A stretch of 63,955 nucleotides of DNA, filler included, from Reticulomyxa filosa (lineage: Eukaryota; Protista; Foraminifera): assembly GCA_000512085.1 (NCBI GenBank). It is 16 parts of 16 records of this genome, joined end to end, with 100 filler letters (N's around TTAATTAATTAA, not from the genome) between each part and the next. Parts side by side here need not be neighbours in the genome. Positions count along the whole stretch, not along the records: positions 33,633 to 35,991 come from ASPP01024599.1; positions 36,092 to 37,380 come from ASPP01022126.1; positions 37,481 to 44,506 come from ASPP01045417.1; positions 44,607 to 52,973 come from ASPP01004187.1; 12 more parts are not named here. The stretch is one strand, 5' to 3'. A model generated the notes under the pieces. That model saw only the letters and a program-made list of their open reading frames with translations, made no database searches and was not told the DNA's origin. This document shows positions 34,920 to 49,151 of this stretch, in pieces; positions within the stretch are counted from its first letter, which is position 1; each line of letters starts with the position of its first letter. The translations under genes were made by a program, and so were the position numbers.

Positions 34920-35414
34920 TTGAAAAAAAAAAATGAAGATATTTCACCATTACAAAGCAATGACAATAAAAATAATAGTATTGATGGTAATGGATGTACA
35001 ATTTGTTCTGGATCATGGATAATATCATTCGAATATGGGATATTGAAACAAAAAAAATTGACTGTTTTCAAAAAACATGAAAATGAATTAATAAATATAA
35101 TATTATCTGGATCAGATGGTTGCAGTGTTCGTTTGTGGTGTATTCGATCTGGACAACAAATTCAAGTATTCAATGGACATACAAATAATGTAATGTGTGT
35201 TGAATATATACCATTTGTAATAAAGAGTAATAGTGAAGTTGTTAGTGATAATTCAAATGTGATATGTTTTGGATCAATTGATAATTCAATTTGTTTTGGA
35301 TCAAATAAGAATGAGTTGTATTTGATCAAAGGAGATGAAAGAAAAGATTTTGGAATAACATGTCTCAAATTTATAGGATTGAAAAGGATAGAGAAGAACA
35401 AAGATAATATGTAA
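34920..35414 (+). pseudogene. Degenerate WD40-repeat gene (3' half)
   Basis: DISPLQSN, ILSGSDGCSVRLWCIRSGQQIQVFNGHT and NVICFGSID match the WD40 family, with internal deletions. Confidence 0.8.
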
Positions 35415-36469
35415 TAATTTATTGCAATTATAATATTAATTTAGTTATTTATTTTTTAAAAAAATTTTGAACGTGCAATATTATATACTGTTAACAATGA
35501 TTTGCTATTTGTTGATAAAATAAAAAAATATTAGTAAACAAAAATGCATCAAATTTACAAGAGTAAATATCCAAAAATTATTTACTTTTGTCAGTTCAAA
35601 TATTCACTGAGTTGTTATAAAGTAATATTTTAAACAATTATGCACATCAATTTTAACTCATTTCAACTAAACATTAAATTGGAAATTTGTCACAAACTTT
35701 TTTTAATTAAAAAGTTCAAACTCAAAGTTCAAGTTTTGAATTGATCATTAAAAAAAAAAGACAACAATGATGATCACAACTCTCAGAAGAACCGGTTTTA
35801 GACAAAAAGAGCTAAACAAGAGACCAATCTGGAACCTCATTCCTTGTGTTCTCATTAGACGACTTCGTCAGCCCAACACATATCAAGTCAAGTTGAACGA
35901 ACAATATCAAATGACTCAATACAAAAAAAAGCTACAGGGACAACAGGGTGCATTATCAAAAACAACACCATACCCCTGAATCAAGACATGANNNNNNNNN
36001 NNNNNNNNNNNNNNNNNNNNNNNNNNNNNNNNNNNTTAATTAATTAANNNNNNNNNNNNNNNNNNNNNNNNNNNNNNNNNNNNNNNNNNNNGAGTCAAAG
36101 TAGAGTGTGAGTTTTGGAGTGCTTTGCATGTTGGTACAAGGATATCGTATCGACAACAAAGCAAAACATTTTCGTTTCTTTTTCGTTTTTTGATATTTAA
36201 TTAAAACATTTCAATTCAATTCAAAAATACTTTTTCTGCAGGAAAATTCTAATGAAATGCAGGGAAAACGATCGCATTCTCGTTTGATTCGATACAAAAT
36301 AATTTGAAAACGCACTTTTGGAATTTGCACTTGCTGTTGTTTTTTTTTGCTATTAAAATTTTTTGGACTTAGCACAAAATGTGGATAACATTTTCAAAAG
36401 CAAGAACATAGATATTGCGTGACGAAAAATTTTTTTCAATCAATAAATGAAAGACAAACGAAAGCTTAA

Positions 36470-37110
36470 GTACTGGACCATGTGAAACCAAAATATGCTA
36501 TATAAATTTTTTTATTTATTTCACCAAATACGCCTGCATATGTTTGTTGCTTGCAGTATTTTTTTTTATTTTTACAATTTTTGACGATTGTAAGGTCGTA
36601 CCCCGCGCGACCTGAAATGAAAAAAATCAAACAAATTTAAATAATCACATATATTTATTAATCGTCAAAATAGCATACACTTACCAAAGCTCGGCCCATA
36701 ATTTAAGTGGTTACAAATGGCATAGTTGCTTTGACTCGGTTTAATGTCCCATTTTTGCGGAGGGCGACTTAAATTGTTTCTCAATAAATATACAAACGCT
36801 CCATTATCTCTAGAATACGCAACACCTCTGCTGGAATATCATTTCGCATTAGTAAACCCACCAAACACATGATTACATTCGTACATTATAATTGTGGCCG
36901 TTTTCCCTTTATTGTCACATGTTTGGTGGAAATCAGTTGGATCAAACCCATCACGACTTCCCCGATACAACAACACCAATTTACTGCAAAGTCCTTGTGG
37001 CAAATAGTACAATAGTAATTTGCTTTCTTGATTTGTTAAAATAATTGAACTAAACTCGTCTTCAGTTGATGTATCAAATGTTACATCGTTTGAGAAATTA
37101 GTAAACCCAA
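36470..37110 (-). pseudogene. TLDc-domain gene with an in-frame TGA
   Basis: LLYRGSRDGFDPTDFHQTCDNKGKT, VFGGFT and YGPSFG are present, with an intron at 36612-36684. The TGA at 36839-36841 sits at the position of the conserved Trp. It is missed by the ORF track. Confidence 0.85.
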
Positions 37111-39129
37111 GACCCTAGCAAAACGATAATCTCATTCTTATCGAATACGTCGTGCCACCCCATTCTAATAAATGTTCTTTTTCTTCACCAATTTCAATTG
37201 TGCCATTGGATAAAGCTTGTCCAGGAATTTTCTTAAATATTTCCCATCGTTCTAAATCTTTATTATATTGAATTTTGTCACCTCCAATTCATAAAAAGAT
37301 CTACCTTTTAATTCATTTTCAATACTTTCTATCGAACAACTCAAGGATACTATTGGATTAATATGACTTTTTGAATCTTCNNNNNNNNNNNNNNNNNNNN
37401 NNNNNNNNNNNNNNNNNNNNNNNNTTAATTAATTAANNNNNNNNNNNNNNNNNNNNNNNNNNNNNNNNNNNNNNNNNNNNTGGTAATACAAAGTTGTAAA
37501 TGTTGCTGTGATGAAATAATGCATTTTCAAACTTTGTATGCTTTATCATAATAATACCTTTATTATCTTTACCTCCAAGAATACTAATACTTAATATTGT
37601 AGTATAATCAAATAATGATATTAGTAAAATATGATTCAATTTCAACCATTCAGCCTAAATCAACTAGATTTTTTTTCTTGATTAAAAGCAATTTTTCTAT
37701 TTTATCTCTAAAGCTATTTTTTCAATCTCAATGTTTTCTTTATTATAAAAGTGCAATTGTTGGAAGTTTACAAAAAATGACATGTAGTTCAAGCTTCAAA
37801 ATTTGAGCAAATTCTTTTGCTTTAAGTTAATAATTGTGTTAAAATGAAAAAAAAATCAATATTATCTCCAGTTTGCTGTTCCACTCGAAATTACCATTAT
37901 TTTATTTAGTAAATTTTTCGCAACATAATTAAGAGAATTGAATAAATCCATTTGAATTTTCAATTCTTTTTCAATGAAAAATGAAAATTTTGAAAATATT
38001 GTTTTTGATTATTTCGTCGAAATATATTAATAAATTTCAGTAACAGAAATGATAACTATAAAAATGATGCATATTATGATAGTTGATATGTATAATTAGA
38101 TTTTTAAGTCGTAATTATAATATAGAACTCGCCAGCGTGTTGCCGAAGTCAGGGAATGTCATTTATATATTTTTGTTTATTTTATTTCTTCCCAATGCAA
38201 ATACCTACAGTAACGAACCAAAAAAATACACATTTGTTTTTCTCTGCATTACACTTTTTTTAAATTTTCATAATATCATTTTTTACAATTTGTATATTTA
38301 AAAAAGACCGATTAAACGTGAAGTTTGGTACTTTTCGACAACTTCTCTTGATTTGAGACAACTGTAACAATAGACGTGGCGTGACTGATTCGCTGACTGG
38401 ACGTTCGTCCTTTACAACAGACACGCGAGATCTTTCTCACATAGCATATATATTCGATTGATTTCACCAAAGCGAATGCTTTTGCACTTATCGTACTTAG
38501 TAAAGCATTCGATACATAGTCTGTTCATCAATGGCAACAGCACTATTTCCGACTATTCTTCTTTATGTATTTCTCCACTAAGTCATTTATACCCATATTC
38601 AATCTCCACAGCATTTGCGACATCTAGCTACATTAAAAAAAAATTATGTGAGTACTGTATTTACAGTAACTAACTTGGCAAATTTTTTTTTCAATAACTG
38701 ATTTTTTTAAAAGTTTTTTTTAAATAAAATTACATTTGCAATTTTTTGATCATCGCTTATTTGATCGATTTGGCATTGACACAGCCTCGGAACTCGGCAG
38801 TGCTAAAATATATTATATGCGATGTAATGTCTTGCAAAGTCAAGCTCTAGAATTACACGGTTCCGAAGCCGACATACCTTTGGCAGTTTTGTGAATTATA
38901 TACTATTCTTATTATTCAATGGATTTGTGGCTGGAGCTTGTGCAACCTCGTTGTAAGACAAGAACAATGAAAAAAAAGCGCAAAAAGAAGCACATGAATA
39001 AAAATTTTAAAAACGTAGGCAGCACAAGAATGGAAAAACCGAACATTGTTATCAATGGAAGATATATAATCGATTTTAGAATGCAGCGTGAGCAAAGGCG
39101 ATATATTGTGAGCTAATGTTGCAACGCAA

Positions 39130-39891
39130 TATGTATAAGTCATCATACCAAAGGTGCAGCAAACCAAATTGCTATTGCTGCATAAGTTTCGAAGAGTGTT
39201 GGAAGAAAAAAAAAAAGAATTTTTAAAAAGTATAATTTTTTTTTGCGGAAACGCAGAAACAATATAATGTTTCTTTTTTCAAAAAAACGAATTAGAAAGA
39301 TAATATCCCGGTAATTAATACAGGTGGCGTAAGCATTGAACACCCAACACAAGTGCTATTGGATTGTTTACGATGTTTGAATAAAGCGATAGATAAGGAA
39401 TTGATGACATGACGGTGACTTTCATCGGCGATTTGAAATATGGAATGATGGTGCATTCATTGGTTCAGACTTTGTTCAAATTTAGAAATGTCAAGGTTCA
39501 CTTAGTGTCCCCGAAACGTATTGTCTTTCCGGATGAATAGAAAAGTAAGCTAATTGGGGATGAAGGTGTCAAGAAACATAATAATATTATTGTTGACTCG
39601 GAAGAGATTACCCAAACAATTCTTCAAAACACTGATGTCATGTATGTCACTCGAATCCAAAAAGAGCGCTTTTCTAATAGCAGCCTTTACGAAAAGTTTA
39701 AAGGCAAATACTTTATTGATAATTCATTGCCGAACAAATGCAAATCTGCAATGATTTTAGTCCATCCTTCGGCACGAGTTGGTGAAATCACTACCGAATG
39801 CGACGATAATCACAGAGCTAAGTACTTTCAACGATGAAATGTGGACTGTAAGTGCAAGTGGTTTTACTGGCCCTTATCTTGGGCAATTATT
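39130..39891 (+). pseudogene. Aspartate carbamoyltransferase (ATCase; pyrB-like or CAD C-terminal domain) pseudogene
   Basis: IPVINTG...EHPTQVLLD, IGDLKYG, DVMYVTRIQKERF and ILVHP...YFQ are present, with stops and frameshifts. Confidence 0.88.
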
Positions 39892-41365
39892 AATCAATGA
39901 GTGGTCAAACAATCTTCGAGCAAAGACGACACTATGTTTATAATAATATCTTATTCCTTTGATTATTAATCGTTTAAGTTTTTTAATTTGTTTATTTCAT
40001 CAAATGAAAATAATTTCTTAATCGCTAAAACTAATTCATTTCTTTTTTGTCTGAAAAGATCAAATAAACAACATTATTCAGTAAGGCATTGTTTTGGTTA
40101 GTTAAAAGGTAAAACTGATTTTGTTGCAGTTGCTTGAATTGTCAAGAGTATATTTTCTTTTCTTTTTAAAAAAGAAAGTGTTTAGATTACTAGTGAAAAC
40201 GCTGTTATCAAACAAACTCCTCACTTTGCTTGACGTCTGTATAAACTTTTTTCTCGCAAAGAAAGACGTTTGGGCTGAAGTTGCTTGCATCGGGTGGAAT
40301 GAATGTGTAAGGAGTTCATCAGCTGTATCAATAAATCTTATTTTTTTAGGATCATTTTATCATGTCCACGTGTCGCTATGATAGTTTTATGATTGAATTT
40401 TGTTAATCATTCGTCGTATGATTGTAAAAAAAGGGCCATTAGTTGAGTTTTTTGTTTGTTTGGTTCTTCTGTCGACAAGCTTTAAGAAAAGAAAAGATGA
40501 AATATTGGAGTCATTTGACTCCGTTATGACGTGAGTACCACTACAATTTATTATTGGTACATTATCTAATTATTACTAATCAATTCTTTATTCTTACAAT
40601 TACAATTGTTTGAAATATTTTTATGGAATTGTATTCATGACATGCTTTCTTTTATGTTGATTTCACCAAAAATGATTTGCTAAAATCATTTTTTTTTTGA
40701 ACAAACAAGAGTGCAAGTAAGAGAGCAAAGATTTTCTCTTTTGAACAAAAAAATGTTACTTCTTTATTTCGTCTTTTTTTATTTTTTTGTAATATTTGTT
40801 TAAACATTGTTGATCAAGGAAGCTGAGTATTTATCTAGATTTGATAAATCCAAAGTGTTATGTTGAATCAATTCAACTTTTAAGCTTAATTTACATTTTA
40901 TTTAAAAACTAATTTTTGTTTGACTACTTTATTGCCGTAAATATTCTTTTTGTTTTTCAAAAGCATCGTATCAAATCTCACTTCTTTGAAAACTCATATT
41001 CTCTTTAAATATAATTTGTTTTTGATTTCTTATTTTAATCATTGCTAATATTTTTGGAATGGCATTATATTTGACCATGTTCGTTTATCTTTGGAAAAAA
41101 GTTATATGTTGAGTTTTTTTTATTAAAAAAATCCTATTTTCAAATTTTTATCTATCTTTAATTGGCAAGACCAAGGAATTAATCTTTTCTTGTTTCCTTC
41201 GACCATGACATTTCCATTCAAAAAACAACCAAGTAAGGACATTTTTTTCCGATTCTCTTTAACAACAAGAAAAAAACTCCAAATAATAATATAAAAGGTA
41301 ACACCTATTATTCGCGAAGTATGAACGGATGGAAATTTATTGTAAATTCTGAATAATTACTCAAG

Positions 41366-42100
41366 ATGACTCATGAAGATACATGCATATTCGCGCATAA
41401 TAGTGCAAACCCGCTATTCATTGTTAATGAACTACCTGTCAAACTTGCAGGAGGCATGCAAGATGAACCAAAAACAGGAAAGCATGAAGCAGAAATGAAG
41501 GTATTGATAAAACTGTACGGTGACGTAGTAAAAGAAAATGCATTGAAGAAAAATCTTGAACAAAGCAATGGAAACGTGTTAGTTGTGATTGAACAGATCA
41601 CAGTCTCATTACTGAATCAGAGCGTAATTTATGCTTTTACAAAACAACAAAAAAATAACAATAGACTACTGTTCAAGGATTCAACTGAAGAGAAAAAAAC
41701 TGAACAAGTTAAGATTATTGGTATTTATCTTTTTCTTATCTTAAATTCTTTTTTTTGATATATTTGCATAATAACATGCATTTTATTTTATTGCAAAAAA
41801 AAAGGTAACGAATAACAATGATGGATTAGAGCAGATAAATTGAAGAAAGAAGAAGAGTAGAAATTCGAGAAACTAATATGGAATTAATATGCAAGGTTAG
41901 TGCACAAATATAGATTGATTGGCTTTGAAAGCAAAGTTACCAGTATGGGTGAATATTAGATTTAGTGATATTTCTTTCAACTGAGAAAAGACACCATATA
42001 TTTGCCCAGACTGGACAATTCACCGTTACATCAATATGAAGGTAATAATCTTTAATTCAGAACATGTCATCAAGTTCAAATGAAACTTAGTTCCTGCAAA
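41366..42100 (+). pseudogene. Ubiquitin-tail (LAGG-MQ) + CUE/UBA-like + Cys-rich (GINxQGxCxN...CPD) family pseudogene
   Basis: Paralog of 22276-22539. The downstream GINMQG*CTNID*LALKAKLPVWVNI...ICPD (~41880-42015) has stops. Degraded coding-like sequence continues to ~43300. Confidence 0.55.
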
Positions 42101-44740
42101 GGAATGTTCCAGAAAGCATTTGTGCAAGTATTGTCGACAAAAGAACAACAAATCTTAAGAATATTTTACGAAAAATTTTAGTAATCAAATATAAATTATT
42201 CTATGTCTTGGAAATCATACAATCGATTCCATTATGTGTACAGTCATTGAAGAAGTTATGTAAAAAAGTAGAATCAATTTCTCAAGACAGAGAAAGTACT
42301 AATATTTGAGAATAGAACAAGAAGTAAATAGACAAACAGAAGTACCAAAAACAAGAATAAAGTCGCAATAATACACATAAATCATAACTTTCTATATTAA
42401 CAACAAGTGACTTGATTAAAATGATAATAATAATCACAAATACAAAGATATTCAAGAACAAGATATCAATCAAGTAGAAAGAAGTTGTAACACAACAGCT
42501 AAGAAACCATAATGGAAAATACTGATTAACAAACTTCTTACAGAACTAGGGAAATTGTAGAAACTTTCGCAATTATCTCATTTGGTTTCAAGAAGAATTA
42601 TGCAAAAAGCATGGAACTAGATTCTTGGAATATGACCAATGATTGAATTAGTTATATTACAAACAATATTAACTGTTATTATTCAAAAACACAAATTCTG
42701 GTAATTGACCTTTACTCATATATGTATCATTCGGTAATGTTTTAGTCAGATAACATATATCTATGAGGAACAAAGAATATTTATCAATAATCAAGACAAA
42801 TTTCATTTATTAAATAAAAATCGTGTCTAGAAATGAATTTCTCAATACAAAGGAACCAATTATGTTGTGAAGCTTCTATTGTAATATTAAAAAGATAAAT
42901 TTTCTTCATAAAGGAAGTGAAACAACTAAATCGCACATACACTAGTATCATTTAATCTAATAATCGGAGAAAGATAGATGTGCAATTGGAAGCGACTGGA
43001 GTGCGCAATATCTGGCATGCCTAGATAAAGCGTTTAATGAAATAGTAAAAAGCATCATATAATTCATTATAAATAATAACAAAAATCATTAACTCTGGTC
43101 ATTTAACCTCAAGTAGCAAAAGATAATACAAAGTTGTTGATTGATATCAGAATGTGTCCTTAGTCTGCATTATCTTAAATCAGCAACTGAAGGACAGACT
43201 GCGACTAATTAGACATGCATTCTGAATACTTGCATATCACCCTCAACACTATTTTCGCATGTACAAATGCAAAAACAAAAATCTTCAATTGTAAACTGGA
43301 ATATTTTTACTATCTTCTTTTACACAATAATATATGTATTTCTTCTTAAAGTAAATATTGTTATTTAAAAAATTAAAATTAAACTAAAACTGTACAATCA
43401 TTTGAAATTGAATATATTTGCATTGTACTAGAAAGTAAATTTGCAATTGGTGCTGATAGTTGAATTTTGTGTTCGAACCAACATTGTGCAGATAATTCTC
43501 AAATGTAGCTCCAATCCTATACTAGATTCTGATTGTGGACATAGCTCGTTAGTCTCATTTGACGGCGACGTTCTTGTCATTACTTCAACTTCGCCAGCTG
43601 CCAATACAATACTATTTTTGTTTTTTTTTAAAAAAATTTTTTAAAAATCAATTCCATCATATATGCAATCACTTCTCCCACTTACTATCTCTTGCCATAA
43701 GTAACCCTCCCTTTTTTTTCATATATATTTCTTTTTTCATTTGATCTTTATATCTGTGTTATTTACCTGTATGACACTGATTTGAACGCCAATTTGAAAA
43801 AAGTCGACGAAATAACCAAAGTTGATTGGAATATATTCATGGCCTGCATTTTTATGTATGAAATATTCTTGAACAGTTTTGTATGATCAACAGTTTGCTC
43901 AATGGAAAACGTATACTTTCGTTTTCTAATACTATCGATCACTTGTTGAAATTTGCAAAGCTGATCAGATTGCCAAATTGTTGATTTGTGAACATTGCAC
44001 ATATTTCCACGTTTTCGATGTCCAAATGTATTCAATGGTGTTGCCAATATGTACATATTGTTGTGGTGTTTGTCCGTTCGCAACGTCCTTGCTTGAATTG
44101 AATATATTCACATTAGCTGCATTTAATATCACTAAGAATGCATTTAATACATGCACTACTATCAACACCAGCGATGCTTTCATGTGACCCGAAATGACCA
44201 AAGTTCTTCACACAATATTTTCTATTCCGTATGATCCCCTACACATTTTAACTCTTCAAGTTAATCACGCCTTCTATTTTAAGGCCACGGACAAAAAAAA
44301 GAGAATAATCTCCAATAAAAAAAAAAAAAAAATGAAAAAAGCAGGATGAGTGAATGATTTAATTCTTTCTAATAAAAGCAAGCACAAGTGTATTCGTGGC
44401 CACTGATCATGCAAAAATGTTTAAAGGGGTATTTTATTCATAATTAAAAAAAAACTGTGACACTTGTCAATATTTTTATCTAACAGTTTATTGTTGAAAA
44501 ACTTGTNNNNNNNNNNNNNNNNNNNNNNNNNNNNNNNNNNNNNNNNNNNNTTAATTAATTAANNNNNNNNNNNNNNNNNNNNNNNNNNNNNNNNNNNNNN
44601 NNNNNNTTTTTTTTTTTTTTTTTTTTTAATAAAAAATAATTTTCGAGAGTTTTTTTTATTGTTTGTGTGCGTGCCTCCTCTTGTCTTATCGCCTATTATC
44701 TCCCTTGTCTCGTGTGCTATATATGAAATGATTGAACGAA

Positions 44741-45461
44741 AGGTCGGTCATTGTCAAGCCCTTCAGCAATTGAAGTGTCTCCACCAATCTCCGAAGCACA
44801 GAAATTACGAGACTGGGCAAATCGAATAAAAAATGATTTTACGAACATTAACACAGTGACAACGAAAGGAGGGTCTGAAGGGTTTGCTCCGAGATTGAGC
44901 TTTGCCGAAGTGAAGAATTTGAATGTTGGTGCGCATGAAGACAGAAAAAATTCGGCAGAAAGCGACACTTTTTCCATCAAAGCGACCATCACCGCAATAT
45001 CTCACAATCAAGAAAAGCCTCCTTGGTATACCGCCGCACCTGATGCTAGTGTAAAGGCAAAAGTGATTAACGATGGCAAAGGCAGCTACTTTTGCGCGGT
45101 CAACAACAAAACCTACTCGACCTACGAGCTCAAGTATGTTTTACGATTTTGTGCCACGGACTGGAGTGGCCAACAGTGGCTCAACGCCTTTGACAAAAGA
45201 GCACAAGACATTTTAACGGTACCTGTCGAGGAGCTTGACAAAACTATCAAAGATGGAGATCTTGACAAATTTGAAGAAGTATTCCAAAGGGCTAATTTCA
45301 AAACAAAAATTTTCAAAGTACGAGCCAAACTTAGCAACTTTCAAGACGAACGAAGAGTACATTATGATGCTGTTGGAATACAAGATGTTGATCTTAAAGC
45401 CGAGTGTCAGCTCCTTCTTGACAAAATTTCAGAATTAGATCAAATTCAGTCCATTCATTAA
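44741..45461 (+). CDS. RPA1: Replication protein A large subunit, last exon (C-terminal OB fold)
   Basis: GRSLS...EAQKLRDW, FSIKATI, YVLRFCATDWSGQQWLNAFD and IFKVRAKLSNFQDERRVHY are collinear with the RPA70 DBD-C. Confidence 0.85.
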
Positions 45462-45789
45462 AAAAAACTTCCTGAAAGTTACCGAAATTTTGTTTTTTTA
45501 AAGGTTTTTATGATAAATCACAAGCGCGGGTTTGGATATCAAACAAATAACGCAATATTGTTCCTTTTAGGGGATTTTTTTTGAAATTTTAAGAAAATTC
45601 ACTCAATTGACATTGCACAATATGCTTGGGAAAAAGACCATTTTTTATTCTACAGCAAACCATCGAGTTTTTTTTAGAGATCACACTAAATAAAAAAAAA
45701 TGTTGATTAGTTGAGAAAAATATTTACTTCATTTAACCAATCGTCCAAAAAATTTGTTTTTAAAAAGATATTATCAAAAACACGAATAT

Positions 45790-47130
45790 AACCATTCCGT
45801 GTACCATAACATATATTAATACAACAATTACTATCATTACTTTTGCTTTTCTTTTTTAATTTTAGGAATTAAAGACAATATATTCCACAATCTTTTTTTA
45901 TCTCCATTGATTAAATGCAATTCTGTCTTATTTGATCGAATGTCCCAAAAACAAATTGTATTATCACTTGATCCAGAACATATCACATTTTGAAATATTA
46001 CTTACTACAAATGGTGAATATTCTACAGCATATACATCATATTTATGTTTATTGAACACTTGGATTTGTTCACCAGACCGAACATTTCACAAACGAACAC
46101 TTTGATCATATGATCCAGATAATATTGTATTCGCACGGCTAATATTTCCTAGTTGATTTGATCCGTATTTTACACTAGTCATAATATATTCATGTCCTTT
46201 GAATAAAATAAATTAATTGATTGTTTCAATATCCTATATTCGAATAGTTGATCCCATGAGCCAGAACAAATAGTATATCCATTACCACAAATAACATCAA
46301 TACTATTGCTTTTATTTTATTATTGCTATTGCAATGCAATGGTGAAATATCAACACACCAAATATCACTTTTATGTCCTCTAAAAACATGTATTGTTTCC
46401 GAAATTTCACATCCCATAAACGAATAGTTTTGTAACCAGATTCAGAGCACAAATATCTACCACCATTAAATGATGAAAATTCAATACCACAAACACAGTT
46501 AGTGTGTCCATTGAACACTTGTAATTGTCGATTATGTTTGAAATCCCAAAAACGACTGATTTTGTCATCTGATGAAGAACAAATAACATTACGATAACGA
46601 TTATAATAATATGACACAACGAACATAACCTAATGTTCATTAATAATTGTCAATTCATTTGTTCTGGATCACAAGATAATACAGTTCGTGTATGTGATAT
46701 TGAAAACAACAAACAAATACAATTATTCAAATTTCGAATAATCAACACTCAATACATAATCTGTATGGTCACCGAAAGTTTTGAGTAATTTAGATGATGA
46801 AAGGAATGTGTTTAGCATAAAGACTGTAGCTGCATACATTAAATAGTATTATAAATGACAACAGAAAACAAATATTTGAACATTTGACTAGCATTGAATG
46901 AAAAAATAACAAAAATTAACATAGCATAATTGACAACAAGTTTGTTGAAATCATCAATCCACCATAATCTGGTCTTTAATACTCTAATCCAATGTGCAAT
47001 AATCATTCTGATTTCTCCTTCTGGTTATTAATAACAGTAACTAAAGATAATAAACTTTCTGAAAGATTAAACTAAAACTTACAAATGCTTGTTGTCTTGA
47101 AGTTTGTTTTTCATTAATCAAAGTAGTCAT
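45790..47130 (-). pseudogene. WD40-repeat pseudogene with a small internal inversion
   Basis: It has the same three-exon layout (MTTL..., IIAHWIRVLKTRLWWIDDFNKLV) with multiple frameshifts. The segment at ~46640-46730 reads FICSGSQDNTVRVCD on the opposite (+) strand. Confidence 0.8.
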
Positions 47131-47504
47131 TCTTTCAGTATTATTTTGAGATTGGGTCAAATGATGTAAGAGAAAAAAAGTTTAGACTTTTTTGGTAAAA
47201 GCGGTAAGTGTTTGTCAAAACACTTTGACTACACAAATTTTCGTTCTTATTTGAAATTTTTAAAAATCTACTTAATAGTGGTAATTATATTACTTAATTT
47301 TTAAATTGTTAATGATTCAACAAGGATATTACGTATAAGATTTTCTAAAATGTACTGTTCAGATGATTGAACAATTCGATTATATGATATCAATATATAA
47401 ACTGAAATAAAGAAATTTAAAAGAAATTCCAATAAAATATATTATGTGAAATATTTTCTAGATTGCTATCTCATTTATTTCACCCAAAAAGAATCCAGTG
47501 ATAC

Positions 47505-48883
47505 TTATCCCCAAATACGAATTGGTCCCTTCGATGAACCATAACATAAATTAACATTACAATCCCAATCATTATTGCTTTTTTTGTTCTTTTTTAATCG
47601 TAGGAATTTAAAACAGAATATTCCGTCATCTCCTCTTTTATCTCCTCTAATTTTATACAATTCATTCTTATTTGATCGAATATCCCAAAACCGAATTGTA
47701 TTATCCAATGATCCAGAACATATTACATTTGAATTACCACCAACTTCGATATTATTTACTACAAATGGTGAATATTCAACAGCCCATATTTGATGTGTAT
47801 GTCCATTGAATATTTGTATTTGCTGGCCAGATCGAATATCCCACAAGTGAATTCTTTTATCAGATGATCCAGATAATATTGTATTTGAACCACCAATTAT
47901 TCCTGATTCATTTGACCCATATTTTACACTTCTCACATAATATTTTCGTCCTTTGAATTTAATTATCTGTTTGGCTGTTTCAATATCCCATATACGAATA
48001 GTGTAATCAAATGATCCAGAGCAAATGGTATATCCATTACCACCAATCACACCAATATTATTACTTTTATCATCATTATTTTTATTGCTTTGCAATGGTG
48101 AAATATCCACGCACCAAACAGTTTTTAAATGTTTACTGAAAACATGTAATGATTCAGATGTTTCAATATCCCATAAATGAATAGTTTTGTCATATGATCC
48201 AGAACACAAATATCTACCACCATAGAACGATGAAAATTCAATGCCACAAACACCACGAATATGTCCATTTAATATTTGTAATTGTTGATTATGTTTGATA
48301 TCCCAAAAACGAATAGTTTTGTCATTTGATGAAGAGCAAATAACATTACGATTGTTATTATAATGATAATATGGTGAAAATTTTACACAGTTTACAGGAT
48401 CTGAATGTCCATTGAATGATTGAACCTGTTTGTTGTTGTCAATATTCCATACACGAACTGTATTATCTTGTGATCCAGAACAAATGATTCTATCACAATT
48501 GGATGTTGGAAAATCAATACTATATACATAATTGGTGTGTCCAGTGAATGCTCCAAGTAGTCTAGATGATGGACAAAATAAATCAAGCATGAAGAATGTA
48601 GAAACCTGTGTTAAATTATGATTATGAATGAAAATAATAGCAAATAAATATTTAATATAAAAACAAAAACTTAACATAATTGAAAACAAATCTGTCAAAT
48701 TCATTAATCCATCCTAATTTAATATTCAATATTCGAATCCAATGTTGAATAATTGTTTGAATTTCTTCCTCTTTTAACTGATTCAGTCAAAATTAATATA
48801 AAACTAACTTTTAAACCTTGAAAAATGAAGCTTACCAATAAGAGTTGTGTTGAAGTTTCTTTTCTATTGGTAAGAGTAGTCAT
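47505..48883 (-). CDS. Intact WD40-repeat protein, 3 exons (48883-48836, 48777-48676, 48605-47505)
   Basis: Phase-0 GT-AG introns. Exon 2 is LKEEEIQTIIQHWIRILNIKLGWINEFDRFVFNY, followed by about 7 GH...WD repeats. Confidence 0.9.
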
Positions 48884-49151
48884 TGTTTTAACACCTGATC
48901 TTGACTCAGATGATATAAGAAGAAGAAACGGTTGAACTTTTTTCTCAAGTTCAATGAAGGAAGCCAATTATATTTTTAAATTTAATATTATTTACCTTAT
49001 TTAAAACCTTTTAAATGCATTACAAAATTTCTTGTTTAAATAATTTATTGCAGTATAAAATATACCTTTCTAGGTCACTCAAAAGAGTTTTCAAAAAGTA
49101 CAACCTTTTAAAAAAAGTTAAATTATTTAAAAATTTAGCAACATATACAAC

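Noticed and set aside
35767-35991. Possible retroelement integrase tail (PNTYQVKL)
   Set aside because: Too short and truncated by the contig end to support a call.
36839-36841. Alternative genetic code (TGA=Trp) or selenocysteine, suggested by TGA at a conserved Trp in TLDc
   Set aside because: Long ORFs use TGG for Trp and TGA serves as a stop elsewhere. Other in-frame stops are of all three types and co-occur with frameshifts, consistent with pseudogenes.
38330-38630. Possible RING-like remnant on the minus strand (HVYCYSCL)
   Set aside because: The remaining ligands are not recoverable and the sequence is too degraded.
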